Positions 1 to 11,953 are shown, counted from the first letter of the stretch. The stretch is 47,937 nucleotides of DNA from Circinaria calcarea (GCA_051942165.1 JAVECS010000011.1:1-47937), one strand, 5' to 3'. The notes: generated from the letters alone by a model not told the origin. Made by a program: numbers and translations.

Positions 1-576
1 AATAGGGAACCATTGGCATACGATACTTGTGACATACCTTGGCAATCTCCGAGACCTCGGCGGTCGATTTGGGATAGGCGACCGCAATGGGCAGGGTGTC
101 AATATTAGTTGATGACCACTCCGAGAAGCCATGTGCTTTGAGGTCTTCGTCGTCTGTGCTAATGGCGTCTTCCCCGAGGGACTGACGGAGTTCGGCGATG
201 GCCTAGAAACAGTCAACATTCAATGCTTGAAGGTAAGCCACAATGATGAGCTGACTCTCTCGAGCTCCTTGGCATTACCATACTGAGGCTCTATTCTCTT
301 ATTCTTTTTCTGTAGGTCTAGCTCGGTGAGATGAGATCTGGCATCCGTAATCCCATAGACATAGGCAAGCGAGCCGACGAAGGCAGAGAAAACAAGAGTA
401 CGACCAGTTGTCCAGAACGAATCTCTTCGATGTGAAACGGTTTGCCCATCTACCGCCGTACTGCTTCGGTTTCTCCGCCATGCTGGAGTCGCCTGCCGAA
501 ATAGCAAAGGTTGACGACCAGCTGACGAGGGCCATTCGACGCGCAGAGGTAGGCGGTTCGCACGTCTCAGCATCAT
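1..576 (-). CDS. DLD1: Mitochondrial FAD-linked D-lactate dehydrogenase (cytochrome), 5' part; runs off the window's left edge
   Basis: Arg-rich presequence (MMLRRANRLPLR) and a TM segment. After intron 203-255 (GTCAGC...CTAG) it continues AIAELRQSLGEDAISTDDEDLKAHGFSEWSSTNIDTLPIAVAYPKSTAEVSEIAKVCHKYRMPMVPY, typical of the FAD-binding PCMH N-terminus of DLD1-family enzymes. Confidence 0.85.
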
Positions 577-1145
577 GACTTCTGGTGCTCTTCTCGCTAA
601 GCTCAGAGCACAGGATGACCATATCCAGCAACGTTATTTTGCAACAATCATCCGATTTACATGACTTGGAGAGCTATGAGATCAGAGAGGTTCTCGTCGA
701 GATGGTTTCACTCAGGGCCGTGGGCAAGCTCTGCATCAGGCAACAACAGGATGGGATTATGTACAGAGCCGCTGATTTCATCCCATATACAGAAAACAGT
801 ACGCACTTGCCTATCAGACGCCGAGGGGAAAGGGATGGGGGATAACCGTAGAAAGAATGCACAAGTGAGCTGATTGGATGAGTGTCGTCGCCGATCTCTT
901 CTCGATATCTATGATATCTAAGCGAACCAACCTCCTTCAATGCTAAGGAGTCAGTACATCGAGCTCTACTTGGCCATGTTAATTTGAGGAAGCTCCTGGT
1001 ACTTATTGCCCTGACAAGCATTCGACGATTCTTTATTAGATGAGAGCTACTTTAATGAAAGGTATCCATTCGAAATCCTGCGCGCAGAGTATAACATCCC
1101 CGTAACAATTCAAGACGCTGTACACCCAAACCCATGCACCGCCTC

Positions 1146-1710
1146 TCATCCTACCTTCCTCCTTCCCTTGCCGTTTCCCCTTCTGCTCTTCCCAAACCAC
1201 CCGGCGAGGTACGCGCACCTGGTGGCGAACAGGAAGCACGTGACCCCCACATTCCCCCAGGCCATGTCGTTCCACCCCCTCACATTCCGCGATGTCGCCC
1301 ATCCCAAGCCCCACAGTGAAGCAGCCACATGGCCGACGTCAGCGATGGCGAGTGCGTAGAGGTAGGAGTGGAGGACCTCTTTGCTACAGCTACGGGTGTT
1401 GAGGATGAAGAGGGCGAGGAGGGCGGAGAGGAGGTAAAGGTTCCCGAGTTGGTGGGCGACGATAATGGTCTGGTGGGATGGAGGACTGGCGGGCGTGGGA
1501 GGGGAAGTAGGTGGCAGCTGGGCGGAGATAAAGTAGGGGGTGTTGAAGAAGGCGGAGAGGACACCGGCGACGCTGTACGCCAAGGAACGGTGTCAGCTGA
1601 GTGGGACACTTTCCGAAGGAAGGACGAAGGAAGGACGGGCGATGTTACAGAGAGATGGGCTCAAAGATCTGGAAAACGAAACGCGGGAATGGGGGCAGGT
1701 GGGATGCCAT
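1146..1710 (-). CDS. Small fungal multi-pass membrane protein of unknown function (resembles the DUF7704 family)
   Basis: Exon1 1649-1710 (MASHLPPFPRFVFQIFEPISL), intron 1573-1648 (GTAACA..GCTGAC..CAG), exon2 1146-1572. About four hydrophobic helices, with QLGNLYLL, ALAIADVGH and WGNVG motifs and a basic tail. Confidence 0.75.
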
Positions 1711-2348
1711 AGCATGGGGAACAGCTGCGAATACCGCTGATAAATGGGGTAGAGAGGTTGGTATCACAGGAATCTCGCCGACACTTCAGACGGAGAGACT
1801 AAAACATGTATCGGCTGCCTCACGTATCCAATCGAAAAAGGTTCAATGGGGGGCGGAATCCTCTACCCTTGCAGAGATCTACCTATCCCGATATCATAAT
1901 CCCAAGATAAATATAACGCATGTTTACTCTGCGATAGGCACAACGCGCATGAAACTGATAGACCTTTGGCTTCGACCTTGAATTGAGATCAGGTAAGTCA
2001 GCAATTATACGCTTGCCTGTGGCCGTGCGTGCCCTCGAGGCCAATGAAAGGACTGATCGAGCATAAGATACTCAAGCCGTGTGCTAGAGCGCATACATGG
2101 GGACCATTTGTCCGACTCGAAATCCTGGACTGCCTTGGTACAACGATCTCAAGCGGCAGCAAATTGTGCCACGGTTTATCTAGGAGGTTGGAGCTTGAGG
2201 TGTTAAAGGGCCATCGCCTCAGGTTGCTGTGTCACGCTCTCTCCATATCTGCTGAACATGGACCAAGGCATTGAGGGGTTCAAAGATTATTTGGAAGCCG
2301 ATAGCTACTGCACTATCTAATTCAACCACAGCCTTTGACCTCCATTCA

Positions 2349-3634
2349 CTAGTGACCTGCAATCGCATGCGCTCTGCGACGATCTCTTTCCTCAGCAATA
2401 GACAATTTTCTGGGAAGCTGTTAGCATGACAATACCGGATAACGAAGCAGATGCCATCTCAACATACACTCCCTTGCCCTTTGGCAAGCTAACCCATGGC
2501 TTCTCCTTTCCGATGACGAACACGTTGCTCTCCCGTGTGGCAAACGAGTTGTCAATCGCGTCCTTGATATGCACAATATTGAACCCTCCATCGTGACGTT
2601 CCCGATGTGTAATAACGCCAACACGGCCCATGTTACGTCCACCAGTGGCCATTGCGATAACGCCGGTATCGAACCGGATGAATTCCGTGATCTTGCCAGT
2701 TGACAAGTCGATCTTGACGGTATCGTTGACCTTGATCAGCGGGTCAGGGTAACGGATCCTACGAGCACCCGTGCCCCTCGTCAGCACCCCGTGTTGCGTA
2801 GAATACTACCAAAACTTGGTCCAACGACTGAATCAATGCAGCAAACTTACGTTCGCGCATCATGCGTAACCAAGAATGGGATTCCGCCCTTGCCTAGTTG
2901 TACCCTCTTGACCTTTCCGAGCTTGTATTCTGCTTCTTCGGCGGTGATGCGATGGACAGTGAAGCGACCTTTCGTGTCGTAGACTAGGCGAAAGTTTTCC
3001 CCAGTTTTCTCGATGGAGATGACATCCATGAAGCCAGCTGGGTAGGTGGAGTCGGTGCGAACTTTACCGTCGACTTTGATGAGGCGTTGCATAACAATCG
3101 CTTTGGTTTCTCGGCTGTTGAGAGCATACTTTAGACTATATGTACACGATTTTATTAGCTCATGCCAGATATGAAGGCTGGAAATCAAGTTCGGCGGACT
3201 GACCGATTGCGGATGAAAACGATGAGAGGCATGCAGTCGCGAAGTTTGTGAGGTCCCGGTGAGGCGCGAGGAGCATAGGCACCGGACAGTTTGTCTAACA
3301 GCCAGTGCGATGGCGCACTAAGGCGTTTCTGATGCTTCTTTCTATTGAAAGCACCCTGTCAGCCATCAATCCGGCTGAGTTCTCATGAAGCACAGAGGCA
3401 TGTGTTCCGTCTCCTCTGCCACACAATTGAATGTTCATAAAAATATTGCCCGCCTTGTCGTAAGAAAGCCAAAAATACTCAAGGCCGGTGCTGCGTGGGG
3501 AATCCAAGGGCTCTGTTCTTTACACCAGGAGGGTTCGTCTGCTTGAACGCCTATCGACATCCACTCCCTTCCAACCAAATGTGCTAAAGCCATAACCTCA
3601 TACAGGAGATATTTACTTACGGTCCACGACCCAT
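2349..3634 (-). CDS. RPS4: 40S ribosomal protein S4 (eS4)
   Basis: Exons 3621-3634, 3204-3341, 2851-3135, 2468-2758, 2349-2409 give [25 protein letters not shown]...[15 protein letters not shown]...[19 protein letters not shown]. Confidence 0.98.
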
Positions 3635-4688
3635 AATTGCGGTATCACTGGGTCTACTTCAGAAATTGTTGTCGACGAATTCTGGTGGTTTGCTGCATTA
3701 AAACCAAATCTTGACGTTCAGTTGCTTAGCACCGTGGGCCGACCGGATTAGCCGAGAAGCGAGCTTTGCCCTAAGTTTCCTTTTGTGTAATCCGTACGTT
3801 ATTGAAAAAGGAAACTATCTGCTACGAAGTACAACGACCGTCACCACCATATTTTGACATAAATGGACGCTGTCATGTATGCTGGTAAGCTATTGCTGTT
3901 ATTACATGCTGCAAACTAATTATAATCCTTCTTTCCGTCTCACGCTCGCTAAGTATTCACTACAGTTTCTAAAAACTTCCATTAACACTTGCAGTCGATA
4001 AATTTCACCAATCATTTCATACAATCCTGAGTGTTACTCTTAACCAATAATTAGGAAATCGCCAAATTTCTATCCTGTTAATACCCATGATAAAAAGCAA
4101 GACATGAGAATCCACTAGACTGTTGCCTACAAATGAGCTTAATGCAACTCTTACGACGTAAACCGTGGAGTAAATGAGTTCTCATCTAAGGCCAGTCTGG
4201 AAGATTAGAGAGACGGTTCTACATGTGATACCGGACCCCTTTCCCTGATCCTACTCAACGTGTGCCAATGTTCTCGCTGAAAACAACCAGGGGAGTTTCT
4301 GGTAAATAGGACCAAAAGTCGCTGAGTTTAGTAGCAGTCCACGCGAGATCGATAGAAGTGAGAACACAATAAGATACACTTTGGAACTGTTAAGTATGAA
4401 AATAGATGCAGTATCAGAGTGGCATATCAACCAATTATGTACACCAAGACTGTACATTGCTATTGTTCCCCAATTTCGGTGAACGCTGCCTCAGTGACAT
4501 AATTCCTTGTAGGATAAATCTGATATACCCGCAGCACATACCCGCTAAAGTTGCTCACCAATTCCATTCACAAGCATGTACAAACACTACCGTCTAATCT
4601 CCGACTCCTTCCGCTTCATTTTCTCTTTTCCAGATGATTTTAGAAACTTATTCTTAAGCCTCCCTCCGCTATGCTCCTTCCCCTCCGC

Positions 4689-5265
4689 TTACCACGAATT
4701 CCTATCCCAGTTTGGATCTGCCCAAGGATTAGCTCCTAATTTCCATAAGGCATGCGTAGCGATCTCCTTTGTCCCCTGACCAGCGAAAGCACTTACCCTG
4801 CACGAACCCAGCCAGAACTTTACTCCCCGTCTGCAATAGCGGGTGCCCCACCACAATCTGTAAGAACCTCTGCAGTCCCTCTCTCCGATGCTCAATCACG
4901 TCATCGCTGAATCGGTTCGTAAACACCTTCCCCGGCAGCGGTGGGATCGTTACCCTCGCGCTTTCCCTCTCCAGAATATCGCGAAAGTATTCAAAGTCCG
5001 AGTAGCGTCTCCGGACGGTGCTGTGCTTGAGTTTGAAGGCAGGGATGTTAGTGCGGCAGACGATTTCATAATCCGTATACATGCCGCGGGATGTGCCATG
5101 AGTTTGAGGATTTTTGACCTGAGAGAAGATTGGTGGGTGAGCAGGTATGGAGGAGTGTGGGGGGAAGGACTCTAGGATACGGACCTCTATCTCGAGAAAG
5201 TTTTCCGGTGGGCCATAAATCTCCTCGAAGCTTTGCTGGCGCGCGTCCGGCATGATAGCCTGCAT
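4689..5265 (-). CDS. SNX3: Sorting nexin-3 (PX domain, Grd19)
   Basis: [28 protein letters not shown]...[30 protein letters not shown]...DPNWDRNSW; introns 5119-5184 and 4718-4796. Confidence 0.95.
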
Positions 5266-5982
5266 CTTGAAAACTGATTTGAGAGCAAGACTGGCGTGTG
5301 TGTATGGAGGGACGCAACTATCGTACGGAGGTGGGGCTGCACCGGTGAGAACAGCGAGTTCACGGTTTGTAAGCTGTTTGAATGTGTCAACCTGATGGTA
5401 GCCAGGTAATTGAGTGCTGATGGCTGCTTTGCGTAAGTTGTCACTGTTGGGCGGATTGCGTGGCGGATGTCGAAAAGGCAATCGGGAATGATGTATTCAG
5501 AGGGGTTCCCAGCAGGCTTATTCTAGGGCTGTTCCACCTCGCTTAATTCTTGTCAAGGTAAAGAAAACGACCCCGGAGGCTTCTCCGTATTTATCTACTG
5601 TACATCCAGAGCTTCTGACATAACAATGACTTTCTACCGATTATTGATGATATATGATTCCTTAACAGAAGCAATGCGCTGATCAAATATGCGTCAAGGT
5701 GTCAACCCTGTAAGTAAGCCTACCCCATACACCTGCATTAATACTCTGGGGATCTTCTCTCGTTAAGTACAGCTTCCTTTCAATGGCATCAACGGAAGAT
5801 GGTTTTTTCTCAGGCAAACCAGTGTTCTCGACAGTCTCATGCAATGCGGCGAAAAGCATCGTATCGGTGCTCGTTGACGTCCCCAAATCAACCACATTCC
5901 TTAAACCTCCTGCCACCAATGACCAAATATCCATCCAATCACTCATGCGTTCTATCCGGCTCTCTCTAGTACATACCAACAA

Positions 5983-8120
5983 CTAACAGGCCTTCCCCAC
6001 GATTTTCCTTACTTCCTCATCATCCCCCAAGTCTGTCCAACCCTCAAGCCGCCTCCTGATTCTCTCCACTGACCCATCGCTCCCTCGAGCTCCTGCCCGC
6101 CTCAGTATTTCCCTCTCCCTTTCTCCCTTTCCGAAATCTGTCCACCTTTCGTACCTCCTCATGGCATTCCCGACCGTCCCATTAACGCCCCAAGGAACAC
6201 TCCCCCTCGACACTTTCTCCCTACGTGCAGTCGTGGACTGAGTCCCGGACCCTACCGAGTCGTAACAGCTAGAAGCTACGGACAACACTCCTGTGCTGAC
6301 TGCTCGCGGGTGTTGATCTTGGTCGATGGGGGCATTGATATGCTCATAGGCGCGTGTCGATTCATCGCGCTTATCTGGCTTGTCACTGGGGAGAATATTG
6401 GACAAAGACGAAGGTAGCGGTTCATTGCTGGCGTGGCTAGAGTAGCCGTGGGGGGAACGGTGGTGGAGTCCGGATATGGAAGGAGCTTTCGATAGGTGCT
6501 TATCAGGAACTGGGAAAAGAGTTGAGGGGGGAAAGGGATGGGTGGATATGTCTTGATTCCACGCATCTGCCTCCTGGTGCATGGTTGTAGGTCGTCTGAT
6601 GAACAATCTTTGAAGGAGCTGGATAGGGGTAATAATCCCAATCGGAGATATCGCATTCATGCCATCTGGTCCACTGTGGTATCCACCGCTTGGTAGACTT
6701 AAAGCAATTCCGTCCACTGTATTGAATGGCTCGTTGGCTATTTGAGGGACCACAATAGCAACGCTATGGCAATGTGTCAGTGCCTTTCATCGGTAGAAAA
6801 CCATTTTGACATACTGGTCCTGAGCACCTAAGAGCCAGTCTGCCAAATATAAGAGTCGACAAGTTTCGTAAACGATAGCAACAGGCAGAATCCCGAGATC
6901 CTTTACCAATACCCGCTCATAATTGCTGAAGCAATCATCTGAAAGTAAGACCTGTTGTTTGCTGGTAAGTATAGTTAAGTTTTGAACGCGAGCCTAATGA
7001 AGGCCAACCTTCTTGGGCAGTATCCCCAGCACCTCTCCGGGCATTTCTTGGGTTCCCCAGGGTCTGCCTATAGACTCACCGTCCACTCGTTTCATGACCA
7101 CGGCAAAATCGTATCTGGTCTGGGATATCATGTCATATAGGAGGTTCCTATCGATGTTGCTCGAGTCTTCTCGTCGTGTTTCCTTCCAAGTGTGTTTCGC
7201 AACAATGCAATCGGAGTCAACTTTCAATACATAATCCCAGTTGCACCCTCTCTCAACCATCTCATTTCTTGCGTGAAGGATCCTCCTCAGCAGACTGCCC
7301 ATGCGCACATCCAATGCCCCACCCCACCCTTGATCCACCTCATGCATCCTCAAAAACTCACCCAATTCATCAACTTTCAAGATACCCTCCATCTGTGGCG
7401 TGGCTGCTTTCAGCCTACAATATCGAAATACCCAGGCAATCGGCGCACTCAATGGGGCTGTCAACCACATCACTCCGTGGACAAACCAACTGCATCTGTG
7501 CACAAGTGGTAGAATGAACATGGGCATAATGGCCTGCGGAAGAAGCTCACCCACAATGGCGACAAGCAACGTGCTGAAAATGAAGGGCTTCCAGTCTCCA
7601 GCGTCGAAGAGATGGTTCATAATTAGAGAAAGGCCTTCAGCAAGTGCAACAGATGCTAGGATAAGCGAGTTCAGAAGCCAGTCCGGATGACGTCGAATAG
7701 AAAGGATTGTCTGGGCTTGAGTGCTGCCGTAGAGAAGTTAGTCGGCCTACGATTGTGTATTGAGAAGTGAGAGGAGTGAGAGGAGTGAGATCAGTACCGC
7801 CGTTCTGGAGCCCCTGTATTACTCCAGACTCTCAACCGTGTAGAATCGATGCTCATAACTCCCAATGTCAAGCCAGCCAGTAGACCTGTTAAAAGTATGA
7901 TTATGATAGCTAGTGTTCCCATTCCCCACCACAACGCGCCCTCAAATTTAACTGGGACGGTACAAGGGAGGGACTTGGTGACGCCTCGAGTCGTTGGATG
8001 CAGCATTGGTTCCGGAAGGGGATTATATTCAGAGGGAAGGGGATAGGTAGATGCTAATACTAACAACTGAATAGGAATCAGCAGAGTAATACAACTGACG
8101 CTTGAAGTCATCATATGCAT
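5983..8120 (-). CDS. Divergent CNNM/DUF21 (Mam3-like) membrane protein with a degenerate CBS region, ~651 aa
   Basis: Exons 7798-8120, 7009-7723, 6815-6951, 5983-6763 join in frame. Signal-like N-terminus and DUF21 motifs LTGLLAGLTLGVMSID and STLLVAIVGELLPQAI, followed by VMWLTAPLSAPIAW. CBS-like remnants (LGILPKKVL, DHVAIVV) precede a disordered tail. Confidence 0.8.
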
Positions 8121-8754
8121 CCCCAAAGACCCATATAGTGGAAGCCTTCAATATACTGTGTGGACTGCAATTCGCAGATACATTTATGCCACGAATGCGG
8201 GTAGTTTGCGATACGAAGGGAGAGAAGGAGCTGGTGAGCTGATATGTAAAAGACATTTTAGCACGTACACATAGAAAGCGTAGGATGGGTAAGCCCGGGG
8301 AAAGCGCGTCCGCCCAAAAACGACCCATTGTACATTTGTAGAGAAGCCGCACCTACTGAACCGCCAAGCGAAATACCCAAATGGCCTTGAACGCGTGTTG
8401 TAACCTTTTGAAATCGAAAAACCTCAAGCAGAGCTTCGAGAGCCCATAGTCGTCGCCAACCGGGACTTTCAGTGCTTCCTACGCTCAAGATGACCTGCTC
8501 CCAATGGCATATCCAGAGTCTGAGAAGCAAGCTTAGGCAATCCACCATTGTTTAAGGCTTTCAACATGTGGAGGCTGATAAGAAAATTGTTATACAACCG
8601 GTAAGAGAAAGGTCATGGTAGCTCCCAACCATATCCCTAAATTTCCCTGCTCCCAGATGAGCATCTTGAGACGCCATTGCCTTGAAGATATGACCGTTCA
8701 GCTGGCAGTGCTGTTAGATAATGTATAACAATGATGCCGGTCCCTTTGACAGTT

Positions 8755-10335
8755 TCACTCCTGTCTCGTTCGCTTGGCGCCGTGCGGATTCCAGCTAGAG
8801 TCTCCAACGCCAGTGCCCTGAGTTCCTTGCTGCTGCTGGAAGAAAGCCGGGTTGTAATGAGGTTGAGCCCCCTGAAAACCCGTTGAGCCTACTGGAGACG
8901 ATGCTTGCTTTAGCTTTCCGTTCTGATCTGGTAAAGGGGTATGTACAGCAGCCGAAGCAACTGAATAAGTAGGGGACGAGTAGACTGAGCGTGATGTCGA
9001 CTGCGCTCCCGTCTTTACGGAGGCCGGCGTACTTCTAGCATTGTTCGAATACCAAGCATTTGGATTGTAGCGGATCGAATTTGGCAGATGTGTATATTGG
9101 CCGGAGGTCGTCGAGGTTGTGGGAGGATAAGAAAATTGACCTTGCATACCTTGCAGACCCATTCCTGCGCCCATTTGCGGCATACCCATGCCCATGCTTC
9201 CCATTTGACCCGGCAATCCCCCCATACCCATGGCACCCATTGGCATACCCATCATACCACCCCTCCCACCTCGCATACCCATCTGCCCGCCACGCATACC
9301 GCCCATCATGCCTCCACGATTTTGAAATCCGCCATAGGACTGCATATTGGTCATGGGTGATCCTTGAAAGCTAGTCATGGGTGTAGCTTGAAATCCACTA
9401 GTCATAGGCTGCTGGAAACCACCTCTGTTATAACCACCCACGTTCGGCATCCCGTTACTTCGGTTGTTGTTGTAGCCACCGCGGTTCCCACGAAAGCCAC
9501 CGTTGGAGTTGTACCCCGTTTGCTGTTGAGGTAGGCCTCCGGCGGCCCCGGTGTTGTTGTAAGCACCAGACGTTGATCGATTACCCTGCTGATTGTTCCG
9601 CATTGGTCCGTCCTTGGGTAACGTGCGGAAAGGGTTAGTGAACGGATTTGTATAGCTGACGGTGAATTTCTTCGTGTATTGTTGGCCTTCGCCAAATGAC
9701 TCGATTTTATGCTTGGCCGCTGTAGCAGCCTGGGGAGATTTAAATAGAACATAAGCCTGTCTACACGCCATGGGATCACATGCGTTAGTCAACCAGTCAA
9801 GCTGACGAGTTTGACGATCTTACCCTTTGCTCTTTCCATTAACCTTGTGTTCACTGAATGTCATATCCTCAAGCTCATCTTCACACTGGCTTTGATTGGC
9901 CCATCCGCGTATGTCATCGTCAGTTATCCACCAGTGTAGCTCGGAAATGAATAGGGCAGTCGTAGCGCCAGGATCAACAAATCTGTCATCAGTACCATCC
10001 TTACGCTTTAGGCCCTGTGTTTGTGGGGCTTGTTTGGGGAGATGTAAAGGGTCATGTGCAGATTCATCTGTGCTAACTATCTTTTGCGCTACATCGCTGG
10101 TCTGGTCACTACCATTCTCGCGTTTAGGCTCGGGATGCGGTGCCTGGCTCGTTGATATTTCTTCAGCGGTGTCCTCAATAGTTTCGGAGGCTTGGTTGGT
10201 TTGCGCCGGCGTACTTGGGGCTGCTTCTGTGGGCTGTTCTGGTTTTACGTCTGACTCGGTGTGTTCATCCTGCTGGTAATCCTCACCGCCATCACCGTAG
10301 ATGTCAATATCGAAGTTATCCTCTTCAGTAGCCAT
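8755..10335 (-). CDS. RRM/RGG RNA-binding protein, Rbp35 / cleavage factor I 68-kDa (CPSF6)-like
   Basis: MATEEDNFDIDIYGDG N-terminus; RRM ALFISELHWWITDDDIRGW...FSEHKVNGKSKGQAYVLF; RGG/Met-Gly-rich region; C-terminal NPHGAKRTRQE. Introns 9761-9823 and probably 8889-9149. Confidence 0.85.
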
Positions 10336-11361
10336 TGAGAATTTAGAGATTCAATGTTGAGTATGTATTGGGTCTTATGCACAACAAGGACTCGAAAGCT
10401 CGAGTAGAAGACAGGTCTGCAAAGGTACAAATAAAAGTATTAGCATCGAAGAAATTCTGAAACCGACATGACCTTGCTTGGGACGCTCTTGCTCATCCAC
10501 TGGCATACAGGTAAATCGCCAATGCTAACCCCACGGGGCCCAAGAGACATACGTACATTTGAACGCAGTGGATGCAGAAGATACAGTCCTGAACACGTAG
10601 AAGCGGACAACAAGTGATCTCGCCCAACAGCTCTTTTGCACAATGTTTGTAGCTTGTAAAGAAGGACAAAAGGTGAAGCGTTTGTATTGGCCGTAGCCTG
10701 CTGCAATGAGTCCTCCACACCTCGCTGAACTCCTTAGAGAAAGAAGATGTCACAGAGTGTCAGTGAGGTGAAGGAAGACGGAGTAGGAAGATAGGTTAGT
10801 GAGCCTCTGCGACCTCTACCGATAGCCCGACTCCCGCCCGACTGTTTGCCTGATTGGAGTCTGATTGATCTGATGTAGCGAGTTGGGATACGAGTGCGTC
10901 AAGTTTGGAAACGTGCCAAAGCAGTGGGAGTTGTAGATGGATGAAGGCAGCGCGAGTAGATATTTCGTAGTATGAAGCTCCATCACATTCACTTCGAATG
11001 CCCGGCGGCATGTGTTTAGCGTGCTGGATAACACCGCTTGACGGTCTCAAATTTACAGAACACCGACCAGTTTTGCAATATTATATTTACGATTACTTTA
11101 TAATCTGTTCTCGGATTGCAACTCTATCGCCAGCAGACCTTGTCCTTCCTGCTAAAAACAAGTCAATCCTGCACCTCTTCCACGCTCACCATTCTCAATC
11201 CACCCCACTCCTTCAACCACGAATTCCGAAAATTTGGTTTCCAGTCTCGGCCTGCAGAAGCACTCTTCTCGAGTAGCCACACTCCCAGGAAGACCATAAA
11301 CTCGAGGGATCACCTCTGATCCACTCGCGCGCCTATAAGGATCGATATCTTCTCCGTCGAA

Positions 11362-11953
11362 ATGTCAGATCAATTCAGAGAAATCGCCGAAATACCAAGA
11401 GACTTCCTGAAGGTAACTTAAATGGCTTATCCCTTAGAATCAGTCTTCTTACACTTATAGGACGGCACCCAATTTCTGGCGCGATGGTTTGTTAAGTCCG
11501 ATCCTGAGTCAGTTCAATGTTGACCATATCTCTAGTACCAAACGTACGTTCTCGATCCAGCCAGTCGGCGATGTTCTACCTCCCCTTTTTCCTCCACACT
11601 GCTTTGAAGATATAGCTGGTCTTCGCCAAAAATGCACGCTTGCTTTCGACTAACGACTTGCTAATTTCTTGGTGATAACATTCAGCCGACAAGCGAGAGT
11701 TTATCAAGATCTCACAAGCCGTAGGGATGGGCTTTGTGATAATGGGCGTGATTGGATATGTCGTTAAGCTGAGTATGTTTTTACTACCCACCAAATTTCT
11801 TTGGACAGAGGGACGGTGGAGGGGAGTATTTGCATACTTTCATCACGGATACGGCATGGACGGTGCATTCATTACCTGAAGCAGAATGTAGAGCTGACGG
11901 GCAGGGTTATAGTTCATATACCCGTCAACAATATATTAGTAGGAGGAGCATAG
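11362..11953 (+). CDS. SSS1: Protein translocon subunit Sec61 gamma (Sss1)
   Basis: Exons 11362-11412, 11461-11486, 11536-11543, 11686-11772, 11913-11953 give MSDQFREIAEIPRDFLKDGTQFLARCTKPDKREFIKISQAVGMGFVIMGVIGYVVKLIHIPVNNILVGGA. Not represented in the ORF track. Confidence 0.96.

Noticed and set aside
585..1100. Several 70-115 aa ORFs between DLD1 and the membrane-protein gene
   Set aside because: They overlap on both strands, show no motifs, and fall within promoter/3'UTR space; probably spurious.
7766..7790. AGTGAGAGG x ~2.8 tandem repeat
   Set aside because: A tiny intronic minisatellite with no spacer structure; not CRISPR-like or functionally suggestive.
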